A DNA stretch of 63,927 bases, filler included, from Octopus bimaculoides (taxonomy: Eukaryota): NCBI RefSeq assembly GCF_001194135.2. It is 4 parts of 3 records of this genome, joined end to end, with 100 filler letters (N's around TTAATTAATTAA, not from the genome) between each part and the next. Parts side by side here need not be neighbours in the genome. Positions count along the whole stretch, not along the records: positions 1 to 31,373 come from NC_068989.1; 3 more parts are not named here. One strand, given 5' to 3'. Below are positions 1-11,139 of this stretch, piece by piece. Position numbers and translations under genes: made by a program. Position 1 is the stretch's first letter. Every line of letters begins with the position of its first letter. The notes beneath the pieces were generated by a model. That model was given only the letters and a program-made list of their open reading frames with translations, ran no database searches and had not been told where the DNA came from.

Positions 1-54
<54 letters not shown>

Positions 55-59
55 ATTTA

Positions 60-480
60 TTTTCTCTTAGTTAACAATTAACTCTGACAAAATAAATTGG
101 TTAACAGTTACCAGGGTAGTAAAGTTCACAAAATAACTTTGGTGTAGCTCCTTTTTATGAGGTAGGAACTCCCTGTTAATTTGAGGTATTTTGAATAAAT
201 ATACGATTAAATAAATGGAGTTATACGCATGTGTTAAATGATTTCTTTTATTTCCGACATATGTTTAGAAGATTACAATTGGTTCATTCCAAAGGAATGA
301 ATGATGTTGAGAAAGATGTAATCTTCTCTTCAGGGAAATACATAAAAATCAACTCAACTGTAAGACATTATTACCGAATGTGACAACTGCGAGTAGAGAA
401 GAATGCGACAGAGCTTATTTGAAAAAACCGTTGGAGAATGCAACTAATACATCTGCTTGTTGTTTACACACACGTCTTTT
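60..480 (-). repeat. Dispersed repeat ('family B', HHR-bearing, probably PLE-terminal-repeat derived) plus adjacent segment 'A'
   Basis: 205-420 aligns by eye with 7397-7460 and 20745-20935 (aaataaatggagtta(t/a)acgca.gtgtta...ttccgac.tatgttt); 106-172 aligns in reverse complement with 21001-21071. Confidence 0.7.
251..338 (-). ncRNA. Type I hammerhead ribozyme motif with long helix II; one core substitution (GAAA>UAAA)
   Basis: Minus strand: TTTCC-CTGAAGA-GAAGATTACA...TGTAATCTTC-TAAA-C-ATAT-G-TC-GGAAA; 5-bp helix I, perfect 10-bp helix II, GUC cleavage triplet. Confidence 0.8.
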
Positions 481-609
481 GTTTGTTGTAAATTCTCACT
501 ATACACACNNNNNNNNNNNNNNNNNNNNNNNNNNNNNNNNNNNNNNNNNNNNNNNNNNNNNNNNNNNNNNNNNNNNNNNNNNNNNNNNNNNNNNNNNNNN
601 NNNNNNNNN

Positions 610-681
<72 letters not shown>

Positions 682-699
682 CTCTACACACAATCAATA

Positions 700-2200
700 A
701 GAGCATGCCTACTATAATTCTATTAATCAAACCATTTTCGACAATGCACACAGTTCTTGACAAATTCTGCTACCTATAGGAGCAACAGCCGTATGCAAGA
801 GAGAACTCATTTTTCTGATCCACCAACCATATCCAACAAGTTTTAAAGATAGAATGAGTAATCAATGAAGATTTTGGTTGTTGTTTGTCATGCAATAGAC
901 CCTCTTTCACATTATCAATAAAAATGAATGTGGACATGTGACTGTAAGTATAAACTAGTTCATTCTTTTTAATTTTAGGAGGCAACCTATCTCAGCGAGC
1001 TCGACCTAGCTGGACTTTGAAAGGTTCTTAGATGCATGTGCTGTATTCAATACTGCTCATAAGAGGCTGCTGGTTTCTCATTTGTTTTTTAACTTTGAAA
1101 TATCTTTTGAGAATCATGCGATGCATTCTTTAGATCCTTTTAAAGGATATAAAATTTTGTACCGCGTTAACTGCAGGTTGGCCTTCTTTGTTCTACGTTT
1201 AGTTTGCACTATGTATTTTGATGCTAGAAGAATTATTTCTGACTGTAATTTGCCTTAATGTTGTTTTCATTGTAAAGCACCTGAAATTGTAGGTTGTTCG
1301 TGATATGTTTATTTCAACACTGCATTTTAAATCAATACTATATATCATATAATGCATGTTATAATTGTAATTTAGCACGGTTGTTTCATAGTGAATACTT
1401 TATTATTTCTTGTTACTGAATACGTGATAGTATCTTATTATGGTTCAAATGCCTTGCTGAAGATGGACCTACCCTCTAATTCAGCTCTAATTATCTCATT
1501 GATTCATTCTTAATAACTGTAAGTACCTGGTTAAATTCATTGTTATGGACAATAAAGTCCTGCTGTTTTTCTTAAAGGGCTCCAACAGCTTTATATTTAG
1601 TTAGGCGTAATATCTAGGAATGTTACTTTTCTAAATTTCTCTTCCTTTAGCAACCTCATATGAAATTCTGTGAACGTCATAATTACGCATTTCTCGAGAG
1701 ATCTATCGGTGCTCCGCTTGGGTTTTTCAAACTAATGAGCACGCCATCCCTGTGCTATCCTACATTAGCAGAATTAAGAATGTTCTTCATTTAATACAGA
1801 AAGAACAAAACTACCAGCTCGCACAATTCTGCGTTGATAGAGCGATCCGTGGGTACATAAAAAGCACACCTTTCATTATTCTTTCTAAGAAAGTATATTT
1901 ATTAGAAAATAATGAATATCCTCTCATGTATAGCCCAACTGTAGATCGCTTAGTGTTTTGTTAGTTCACATTCTGACTATTTATCCTGGATTATGGAATA
2001 GTAAAAATCAATGATATCGAACTGACTAAATTTCCTTTGCTTCTGTTTTTCATTATTTTAAACATTTAACGACTAACGCATCGTTTTTCCCAGATTTAAA
2101 CTTATATACTTTTGTGTCAGCTTTAATTCTATCTAACACCATTTAGCTGACCAGACCAAAATTATGTTTCGCAGGAATGAATGAGACTACAGTTAGGTGA
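700..2200 (-). mobile_element. Highly decayed Penelope-like element (RT to GIY-YIG C-terminus)
   Basis: Broken minus-strand frames: DSTGMACSL (like QxDGxAMGSPL), TFLDI, DRLPPKIK, KSSLITH, IVENGLINR; many stops and frameshifts. Confidence 0.5.
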
Positions 2201-2297
2201 AATTTTGAGATTTATCTTTAATCTTTCTGTGTGAACAAGGCTATTTTTACTCTTTGACGAAGCATTTAAATGTTGTGTCTGTAGATATTTGTTATTC

Positions 2298-2494
2298 TTT
2301 TACTTGTTTCAGTCATTTGACTACAGCCATGCTGGAGCACCGCCTTTAGTCGAGAAAATCGACCCCAGGACCTTGTCCTATGTAAGCCTTGTACTTATTC
2401 TATCGGTGTTTTTGCCGAACCGCTTAGTTACGGGGACGTAAACACACCAGCATCAGTTGTCAAGCGAGGTTGGGGGACAAATACACACACACAC
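2298..2494 (-). mobile_element. tRNA-derived SINE family A (internal microsatellite), 3' half
   Basis: Reverse-complement match to 8190-8381 and 4830-5040; a plus-strand tail copy follows at about 2520-2573. Confidence 0.85.
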
Positions 2495-3076
2495 AGAGTC
2501 CAAATAGCAAAATTCATCAAGGCAGTACTCCAGCATGGCTGCAATCATGTCTGAAACAAGTAAAACAATAAAAAGAACTGATGGTGTGTGTTTGGTGGTC
2601 TGGCACAGGTGTGATCCATTATGATTTCATTAAACCTGGCTCATCAATCATGACCGAAGTATACTGCAGCCAACTGGAACAAATGATGCAGAAGTTTACG
2701 AAAAAAAAACACCCTAGATTAGTCAACAGATCCACTGCTATTTTATTGCAAGACAACGCTAGACCACACATTGCAATTATGACACTGGCGAAACTACAAG
2801 AATTGGAATTAGAATTTCTCCATCATCTTCCATACTCACCTGATATTGCCCCCACTGACTACCACTTTCTAGAGTTTGGATAACTTTTTGATAGGAAAAA
2901 AATTTAATTCCGACGGTGCAGTAAAACAGGCCTTCCAAGATTTTACTGACTCTAGATTGCCAGGCTTTTACAGTTCATGGCTGGATAAGCTATCACTGAA
3001 ATGGCAAAAGTGTATTGGCAATATGGGTGCATACTTTGATGAATAAAACTACCCCAAAAGTATACTATCCACTCCA

Positions 3077-3328
3077 ATTATGAAGAAGAGAGAGGATGAA
3101 GCCAATAAACTATCTGCAGTCTGTCTACCCTATTTGAAAGGCCTCTCCGAAAAGATACAATAGATATGCGGCCCATATGACATTAGGACAGTAGTCAAGA
3201 ATAATACAACACCTGGCAAATATCTCCTTCGAGTAAAACCACCAATAAAAGAGAATATGACCAAAGACTGCGTGTACTCCATCCCATGCAGTTTTGGTAG
3301 GTTATACAAAGGCGAAACATGCCCTAAA
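3077..3328 (+). mobile_element. Penelope-like internal fragment (linker plus start of GIY-YIG)
   Basis: Translates CLPYLKGLSEKIQ*ICGPYDIRTVVKNNTTPGKYLLRVKPPIKENMTKDCVYSIPCSFGRLYKGET; flanked by direct repeat atccactcca (3067-3076, 3329-3338). Confidence 0.78.
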
Positions 3329-3349
3329 ATCCACTCCATAATTGCCCAT

Positions 3350-3650
3350 GGACATATGGCGTAGTGGTTAAGAGCGCAGGCTATTAACCCCAAGATTCCG
3401 AGTTCGATTCCAAGCAGCGACCTGAACAACAACAACAATAATAATAATAATAATAATAACATCGAAAAATACCTTAGGAATGGGAACCCAGGTTCGAAAT
3501 TTCGAAATTTCCCCGAAACACTTGATAAAGGCTGGAGGGTATAGCAGCCGAAACGTTGTGTTAACAACAAAAAAGATAAGGACAAATATCCGTCAAATGC
3601 AAATAATGTAAATAATGTACATAATTCCTCATGTCTTAAATATAGAACTG
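3350..3650 (+). mobile_element. SINE-like element: tRNA-like head + (AAC/AAT)n + hammerhead-containing tail
   Basis: Head 3350-3422 with A-box TGGCGTAGTGG and B-box GAGTTCGATTCC; triplet spacer about 3425-3460; HHR architecture 3517-3562. Confidence 0.7.
3517..3562 (+). ncRNA. Minimal type I hammerhead motif, core decayed (TTGATAA for CTGATGA)
   Basis: AACAC-TTGATAA-A-GGCTG-loop10-CAGCC-GAAA-C-GT-T-GTGTT; 5-bp helices I and II; palindromic AACGTT helix III. Confidence 0.68.
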
Positions 3651-4093
3651 TAAAAATATTCCTTGTATTTATAAAATATTACCAAACATTTATTTCTTTT
3701 CCACAAATTTCATACTTGATGACCTAATAGTATATATAATTGCTTCCTATGGAGATTTTACTATTTTGGTTATTTTTGGATTCTGCTATGAGTGTTTCAA
3801 GTGAAATTGCATGCTGAGTGACAATAGTTCATCTGAGTAAAACCCATACATACATACATACATACATACATACATACATACAGACAGACAGACAGACATA
3901 TATACATACATATAAAAATGTGTTGAGAATTCGTGTGTTTGCATGGCTGTATGGTAAGAAGCTTGCTTCCCAAGCACATGGTCTTGGGGGCGATCCCACA
4001 GCTTTGCTTTTTAGGCAAGTGTCTTCTACTACAGCCTCGGACCGACCAAAGCTTTGTGAATAGATCTCGTAGACGGAAACAGAAAGAAGCTCG

Positions 4094-4132
<39 letters not shown>

Positions 4133-4139
4133 ATAGGAA

Positions 4140-4760
4140 TAGGTTCCAAAGAGAAAAATAAACTACAGGTGGTAGATATATAAGTAAGAAGAAAAAAGCG
4201 AAAATGCACATTGGATATTTAAAAAAAAGCCTTTTTCATGGAAAGTAACAATAAATATATACAATTAGATGAACTGATGTAGAATTAACAGGAATATAAG
4301 TAATTATTTTGAAATGTTAAAGGGATTCAAAGTCATGCCTGTTTCGTAAATTGCTGTTCACTGGCTTTGAATGCGCACCGATTGCCAAACGGTGTCGGGT
4401 CTACTAGACCCTGTGTAAAACGATTATATGCAAGGGAGGTAAGTAGTTGTGGGAGTGGTGCAATTAGGGTAGATGTAATACTGTAATATGAATGGTGTAT
4501 GGAATGCATGAGAATTAGTGGTATTAATGGTAAGGTTAGTAGTGTTCTGTATTATGTTATGTGTTGATATTGAGTTGTAGATGATATTTATTGATGAAAG
4601 TTGCTTCTTTATTCATTATTTGCTGAACTGAGGTGTTCTCTGAAGGTTTATATGAAGGGAAAATTTGGAAGTTAGGATTAAGGTTCCTAGCACACGTTTT
4701 TATGTGCTCACTGACCTGTAACTCTGTGTATTGTAGGTAGCGGATTTGTTCTTTGTGAAG
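4140..4760 (-). mobile_element. Penelope-like element 3' end (GIY-YIG C-terminus plus 3' non-coding region)
   Basis: ORF 4557-4808(-) contains EHIKTCARNLNPNFQIFPSYK...KEATFINKYHLQLN; A/C-rich 3' region; decayed HHR at 4325-4372. Confidence 0.8.
4325..4372 (-). ncRNA. Decayed hammerhead relic in PLE 3' region
   Basis: ATTCAAAG-CCAGTGA-A-cagcaatttac-GAAA-CAGGCATG-A-CTTTGAAT; perfect 8-bp helix I with the correct layout but broken core and helix II. Confidence 0.45.
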
Positions 4761-5040
4761 AGTTGTATTTATGTATGTATGTATGTATGTATGTATGTAT
4801 GTATGCATGTATGTATATATGTATGTATGTGTGTGTTCTTGTGTCTGTGTTTGTCCCCCACATCGCTTGAGAACCGGTGTTGGTGTGCTTACATCCCAGT
4901 AACTTGGCAGTTCGGCAAAAGAGACAAATAGAATAAGTACTATGCTTTAAGTCCTGGGGACAATTTGTTCGACTAAGACCCTGCAAAAGAGTGCTCCAGC
5001 ATGGCCGCAATCATCTGACTGAAACAAGTAAAACAATAAA

Positions 5041-5075
<35 letters not shown>

Positions 5076-5954
5076 NNNNNNNNNNNNNNNNNNNNNNNNN
5101 NNNNNNNNNNNNNNNNNNNNNNNNNNNNNNNNNNNNNNNNNNNNNNNNNNNNNNNNNNNNNNNNNNNNNNNNNNNNNNNNNNNNNNNNNNNNNNNNNNNN
5201 NNNNNNNNNNNNNNNNNNNNNNNNNNNNNNNNNNNNNNNNNNNNNNNNNNNNNNNNNNNNNNNNNNNNNNNNNNNNNNNNNNNNNNNNNNNNNNNNNNNN
5301 NNNNNNNNNNNNNNNNNNNNNNNNNNNNNNNNNNNNNNNNNNNNNNNNNNNNNNNNNNNNNNNNNNNNNNNNNNNNNNNNNNNNNNNNNNNNNNNNNNNN
5401 NNNNNNNNNNNNNNNNNNNNNNNNNNNNNNNNNNNNNNNNNNNNNNNNNNNNNNNNNNNNNNNNNNNNNNNNNNNNNNNNNNNNNNNNNNNNNNNNNNNN
5501 NNNNNNNNNNNNNNNNNNNNNNNNNNNNNNNNNNNNNNNNNNNNNNNNNNNNNNNNNNNNNNNNNNNNNNNNNNNNNNNNNNNNNNNNNNNNNNNNNNNN
5601 NNNNNNNNNNNNNNNNNNNNNNNNNNNNNNNNNNNNNNNNNNNNNNNNNNNNNNNNNNNNNNNNNNNNNNNNNNNNNNNNNNNNNNNNNNNNNNNNNNNN
5701 NNNNNNNNNNNNNNNNNNNNNNNNNNNNNNNNNNNNNNNNNNNNNNNNNNNNNNNNNNNNNNNNNNNNNNNNNNNNNNNNNNNNNNNNNNNNNNNNNNNN
5801 NNNNNNNNNNNNNNNNNNNNNNNNNNNNNNNNNNNNNNNNNNNNNNNNNNNNNNNNNNNNNNNNNNNNNNNNNNNNNNNNNNNNNNNNNNNNNNNNNNNN
5901 NNNNNNNNNNNNNNNNNNNNNNNNNNNNNNNNNNNNNNNNNNNNNNNNNNNNNN

Positions 5955-6497
5955 AAGGGAAGGTGTAAGCAGTATGCATGGACATGGCTATAAATGTATT
6001 AGATTATAAAGGTTTCCCTGGTCAGAGTAGTACCAGGTCATTTTACTACTATCAAAATGTTGAGGAATTAAAACCCTAGGTATATGGGTCAAATAAGTTT
6101 TTTTCTTTTAGTCTGAATAGAGTATCAGTATAGTTAAACAGATAACAATATTAGTTTAACCAGTATTTTCACAATAAAAGGTATGTTAATAAAATAAATA
6201 AAATGAGATGTAATTATTTTATACAAAAATCATGAAATAATGTCAGTATTGAATTCAGGGGCTATAGATAGGGTGTAAAGTTTAAGGATATTAAGTATAT
6301 TGGGTTCATGAAAACTATTTTGAATTATATTAAAAAAATTATAGCTGAAAATAAAATAATGATACTATTTAGGAGACACATAGGTAAGCTTTATTTTTAT
6401 AATGTGAATAAAAATTATTATCGGATTTATATTAGTTTATAATAATGTGTTTACTAAGGTTTAAGGGACTGAAAAAAGAAAAGATGTTAGGAAATAA
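5955..6497. other. Isolated AT-rich contig between two ~880-N gaps, unclassified
   Basis: Strong G>C skew on plus strand; no recognisable ORF under the standard or invertebrate mitochondrial code. Confidence 0.3.
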
Positions 6498-7396
6498 NNN
6501 NNNNNNNNNNNNNNNNNNNNNNNNNNNNNNNNNNNNNNNNNNNNNNNNNNNNNNNNNNNNNNNNNNNNNNNNNNNNNNNNNNNNNNNNNNNNNNNNNNNN
6601 NNNNNNNNNNNNNNNNNNNNNNNNNNNNNNNNNNNNNNNNNNNNNNNNNNNNNNNNNNNNNNNNNNNNNNNNNNNNNNNNNNNNNNNNNNNNNNNNNNNN
6701 NNNNNNNNNNNNNNNNNNNNNNNNNNNNNNNNNNNNNNNNNNNNNNNNNNNNNNNNNNNNNNNNNNNNNNNNNNNNNNNNNNNNNNNNNNNNNNNNNNNN
6801 NNNNNNNNNNNNNNNNNNNNNNNNNNNNNNNNNNNNNNNNNNNNNNNNNNNNNNNNNNNNNNNNNNNNNNNNNNNNNNNNNNNNNNNNNNNNNNNNNNNN
6901 NNNNNNNNNNNNNNNNNNNNNNNNNNNNNNNNNNNNNNNNNNNNNNNNNNNNNNNNNNNNNNNNNNNNNNNNNNNNNNNNNNNNNNNNNNNNNNNNNNNN
7001 NNNNNNNNNNNNNNNNNNNNNNNNNNNNNNNNNNNNNNNNNNNNNNNNNNNNNNNNNNNNNNNNNNNNNNNNNNNNNNNNNNNNNNNNNNNNNNNNNNNN
7101 NNNNNNNNNNNNNNNNNNNNNNNNNNNNNNNNNNNNNNNNNNNNNNNNNNNNNNNNNNNNNNNNNNNNNNNNNNNNNNNNNNNNNNNNNNNNNNNNNNNN
7201 NNNNNNNNNNNNNNNNNNNNNNNNNNNNNNNNNNNNNNNNNNNNNNNNNNNNNNNNNNNNNNNNNNNNNNNNNNNNNNNNNNNNNNNNNNNNNNNNNNNN
7301 NNNNNNNNNNNNNNNNNNNNNNNNNNNNNNNNNNNNNNNNNNNNNNNNNNNNNNNNNNNNNNNNNNNNNNNNNNNNNNNATATATATATAGTATAA

Positions 7397-7460
7397 ATAA
7401 ATAAATGGAGTTAAACGCAGGTGTTATTCAAATTCTTTTACTTCCGACTTATGTTTCGAT
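7397..7460 (-). repeat. Family B fragment retaining the 3' half of the hammerhead core
   Basis: Minus strand 7458-7442 reads C-GAAA-C-ATAA-G-TC-GGAA; truncated by a (TA)-rich tract. Confidence 0.7.
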
Positions 7461-7542
7461 ATATGTATATATGTATATATATGTATGTATATATGTATGT
7501 ATATATGTATATTACATATATGTATATGTATATATATACTTA

Positions 7543-7593
<51 letters not shown>

Positions 7594-7613
7594 GCACACA
7601 CATACATGCATAT

Positions 7614-7646
<33 letters not shown>

Positions 7647-7944
7647 TATTATTTCACTTAGAACCAATAATCGCTAAACATAATACATTACAGAGGCTAA
7701 TGCACAGGTATATATAAATGTAAATATCTACCTACCTATATCTCTTTATTTATGTGTATTTATGTATTTATGTATGTATATCTTTATATATATACATGTT
7801 TATATATGTATATGTTTATATATATATATGTTTATATATATGTGTGTGTGTGCGTGTGTATGCGTGTGTGTGTGTGTATGCGTGTGTGTGTGTGTAATTT
7901 ATAGATAGATAGATAGATTGATTGATAGATATGCCTATGCATGT

Positions 7945-8095
7945 ACAGGTGTGGTTGTGTGGAAAATAGCTTGGTTCCCAAATGGTTCCGGGTTCAATCA
8001 CCTGCGTGGCTCCTTGGGCAAGTGTCTTCTATTATAGCCTCGGCTGACCTATGCCTTGTGAATAGATTTGGAAGACGAAAATTGAAAGAAGCCCG

Positions 8096-8186
<91 letters not shown>

Positions 8187-8381
8187 TGTGTGTGTTTGTC
8201 TCCTCACCATCGCTTGACAACCGATGTTGATGTGTTTACGTCCCCGTAACTTAGTAGTTCGGCAGAAGTGACCGATAGAATAAGCACTAGGCTTACAAAG
8301 AATAAATCCAGGTGTCGATTTCTTCGACTAAAAGGCGGTGCTCCAGCGTGGCCACCGTGAAATTACAGAAACAAGTAAAAA
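7945..8381 (+). mobile_element. Full-length tRNA-derived SINE family A with internal (TG)n
   Basis: tRNA-like head (B-box-like GGTTCAATC), ccttgggcaagtgtctt block, (TG)n about 8097-8195, tail gcggtgctccagc...gaaacaagtaaa; many other copies in window. Confidence 0.88.
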
Positions 8382-8476
8382 ACCGCTACCTTATGGGAAC
8401 ATAAACACACCGACATCAGTTGTCAAGCGATGGTAAGGGGATCAAACACAGACACAAATATATACATATACACATA

Positions 8477-9500
8477 CAAGGTGTTTCAAAAACTTTGATA
8501 CCATTTCGCAATCCAATAACTTTGCCAGGTCTTGTTCAAATGACTTCAAATTTTAACAGCATGTGTAGAAATAGGTCAAAATTGCATACTTAATGTTTGA
8601 TATGTTTATCTTTTCAAATATAGAAATGGTATTCGCTGGAAAAGAAAAGGCTTTTGTGTCTTGGAGTATGCTCGAAAACAGTCGAACAAGACTGTACAGC
8701 GTGCATTTGCGAGAGAGTTCTCTGAAAAGTCACCAACGGCAATGCAAATTTGGACATGGCATAATAAGTTCAAAGAGGAAGTCTGTCTGAGCAGGTCGAA
8801 AGGACCTAGACGACCACTAACATCGAAAGAGACGTTCGAACGGTTTCGCGCAAAACTCTTGCGAAGGCCCAAGAAGTCTATAAGAACAAGTCTAGAAACC
8901 GAGATTCCTTCAACGACAGTTTGGCGCGTCCTGAGGAAACGCTTGCTAATGAAACCCTACATGCTGCAGCTCGTTTAGGCCATAACGGCAGCTGACAAGC
9001 GAAAGTGCAAACAATTCTGTATTGATATGCAAGAGAAACTTGAAGAAGCCGAGTTCAAGGAACGTCTTGTTTTCAGTGATGAGGCCACATTTCATACGAG
9101 TGGCAAAGTCAATAAGCATGATGTTCGCATTTGGGGTGAAGAAAATCCCCATGCCACAGTTTGAGCATGAGAGGGACTCACCAAAATGAATGTGTTCGGC
9201 GCCATTTCCAAGATGCATCTTCATGGCCCGTTCTTCTTTGAGGGAAATGTGACCTGGCAAATGGACGAGCTCATTGCAAATGAACATGAAGACTTCATTT
9301 TTCAACAGGACGGAGCTCCATATCACCGGAAATTCATTCTGCGGGCTTATCTCAATGACAATCTGCGAGGGAGATGGATCGGGCGTGCTGGTGATGAAGG
9401 CAATGTGCTGTTGAAATGGCCACCATGTTCACTTGACCTGACACCTTACGATTTTTTTCTCTGGGGCTATGTGAAGGGCCTGGTCTATGTCCCCACTCTT
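8477..9500 (+). mobile_element. Tc1/mariner rosa (DD41D)-like transposon relic with 46-residue D2-D3 spacing; right end missing
   Basis: TA + CAAGGTGTTTCAAAA left terminus; ORF pieces 8661-8978 and 9186-9539 with VFSDEATF, FQQDGAPYH, RWIGR, WPPCSLDLTPYDFFLWGYVK; several in-frame stops. Confidence 0.9.
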
Positions 9501-9735
9501 CTCGCATGTGTTTGTATATTGTTATTATTGTCCTCTTAGTAAACAGATAAACAAGTAATTTGACACAATACAATGTCTGCAAGTTGATGAATATCACCCT
9601 TCCCCTCCATTTTCTTATTGCTATATATNNNNNNNNNNNNNNNNNNNNNNNNNNNNNNNNNNNNNNNNNNNNNNNNNNNNNTATATATATATATACATAT
9701 ATATATATACATACACACACACACACACACACACA

Positions 9736-9848
<113 letters not shown>

Positions 9849-10240
9849 ACACATATGCACACATCTATATATGCATATCCATATCTGTCTATGGCTATGT
9901 GGGTTTGTATGTCGGAAGATGATAACACATCCATATGTGTATATGTATTAACTCAATACCTCCGCCTTTATCACCTTCTGTCCGTAACTTAATCAAAAAT
10001 CATACTGTCATTAAATTTGAGCACATAACTCGTCCATTATCTCAGCGGCCTACCCCGAAATTATGTAAGAGAATTTGTAAGACAGAGTGAAGGAAAGAAG
10101 AGGGACATGGCAACGACAGTTGTCCATTAATAATTTATTCATTTGTGTGTGTGCGTGTGTGCGTGTGTATATGTGTATGTGTAACTGTGTTTCTGTTTGT
10201 ACGAGCATGCGTGTGTATGTGTCTGTGTTTGTGTGTGTTT

Positions 10241-10810
10241 GTGCACAAAAATTTCGTCAAGGAACTCCACCACACAAGGTAATATGATAACAATGTTCAG
10301 TGCCATCTGAAAAAACACATTCCTCAAATAAATACAGAGAATCCGACTGTTATTGAATCCATAGGTAAATATCAGTAGAAGGAATATTGGTGGAGCAATT
10401 CCATCTAAACTTTTGATAACCACAAACAGACCGGATACGGTTGCTTGGGATTGACAAGTTACAGAATGTAGTCCCCAGGGGGGTCACTTGACTCGCTGAT
10501 GTGAATAGTTCTTCAAAGATCAAAGTGAAAGAGAATAACAATGGCCAAGTACTTTGAAACCTTGCGCTTCCATATTCAGTCTACAAATTCTTATCTATAC
10601 TAATAATAATCAGTGCATATGGCTATGTGAGCAAAAGCCTAAGTGGCTATTTGAAAATGTCATGGTTTCCAATGAAAGAAAGCAATCAGTTAATTCGTGA
10701 CTTTTCTCAAGTTCAACATTTGTCGTTTTTGTTATTTAGATTAGAAATCAGTCTGCTCCTATCTTCCAGGAAGTCTTCATGTAATTAAAACAGGAAGAAC
10801 ATACATAAAT

Positions 10811-10906
<96 letters not shown>

Positions 10907-11070
10907 GTATATATTACGCACGTATGTGTATGTGCATTTATATCCATATATATACGTGTATATATATATGTGTGTGTATGTATATATATATATATATATT
11001 TGCACACAGATGCACACACGTTATCATATTACCTTGTGTAGTGGAGTTCATTGACGAAATTTTTGTGCAC
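10241..11070. repeat. Inverted repeat pair, 51-bp core arms 49/51 identical, 728-bp spacer
   Basis: 10241-10291 is the reverse complement of 11020-11070; similarity extends outward into CA-rich degenerate sequence. Confidence 0.9.
10330..10745 (+). mobile_element. RLE-type non-LTR retrotransposon (R4/NeSL-like) C-terminal fragment
   Basis: AIPSKLLITTNRPDTVAWD, ADVN, YSVYKFLSILIIISAYGYVSK; same subfamily as 42990-43600. Confidence 0.65.
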
Positions 11071-11139
11071 ACACACACGCACACAAACACACACACATAC
11101 AAACGCACGCTCGCACAAACACAAACACAGTGCTAACGT

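Larger units (their letters stand above)
2575..3730 (+). mobile_element. Mariner (D,D34D-type) transposon relic: transposase C-terminal half, with later insertions in the 3' UTR
   Basis: ORF 2581-2883 has VWW..GVIHYDF, LLQDNARPH, HLPYSPDIAPTDYHF; continues out of frame to KWQKCIGNMGAYFDE (about 3045); TIR-like catacttgatgacctaata at about 3711-3729. Confidence 0.88.
3941..5040 (+). mobile_element. SINE family A copy split by an insertion in its central microsatellite
   Basis: 5' half 3941-4097 then (TA)n; 3' half about 4770-5040 after (TATG)n; both halves match the full copy at 7945-8381. Confidence 0.8.

Noticed and set aside
5955-6497. NUMT call (ND2, ND5, ND6 or ATP6)
   Set aside because: No diagnostic motif or sustained open frame under the invertebrate mitochondrial code; kept only as a low-interest unknown
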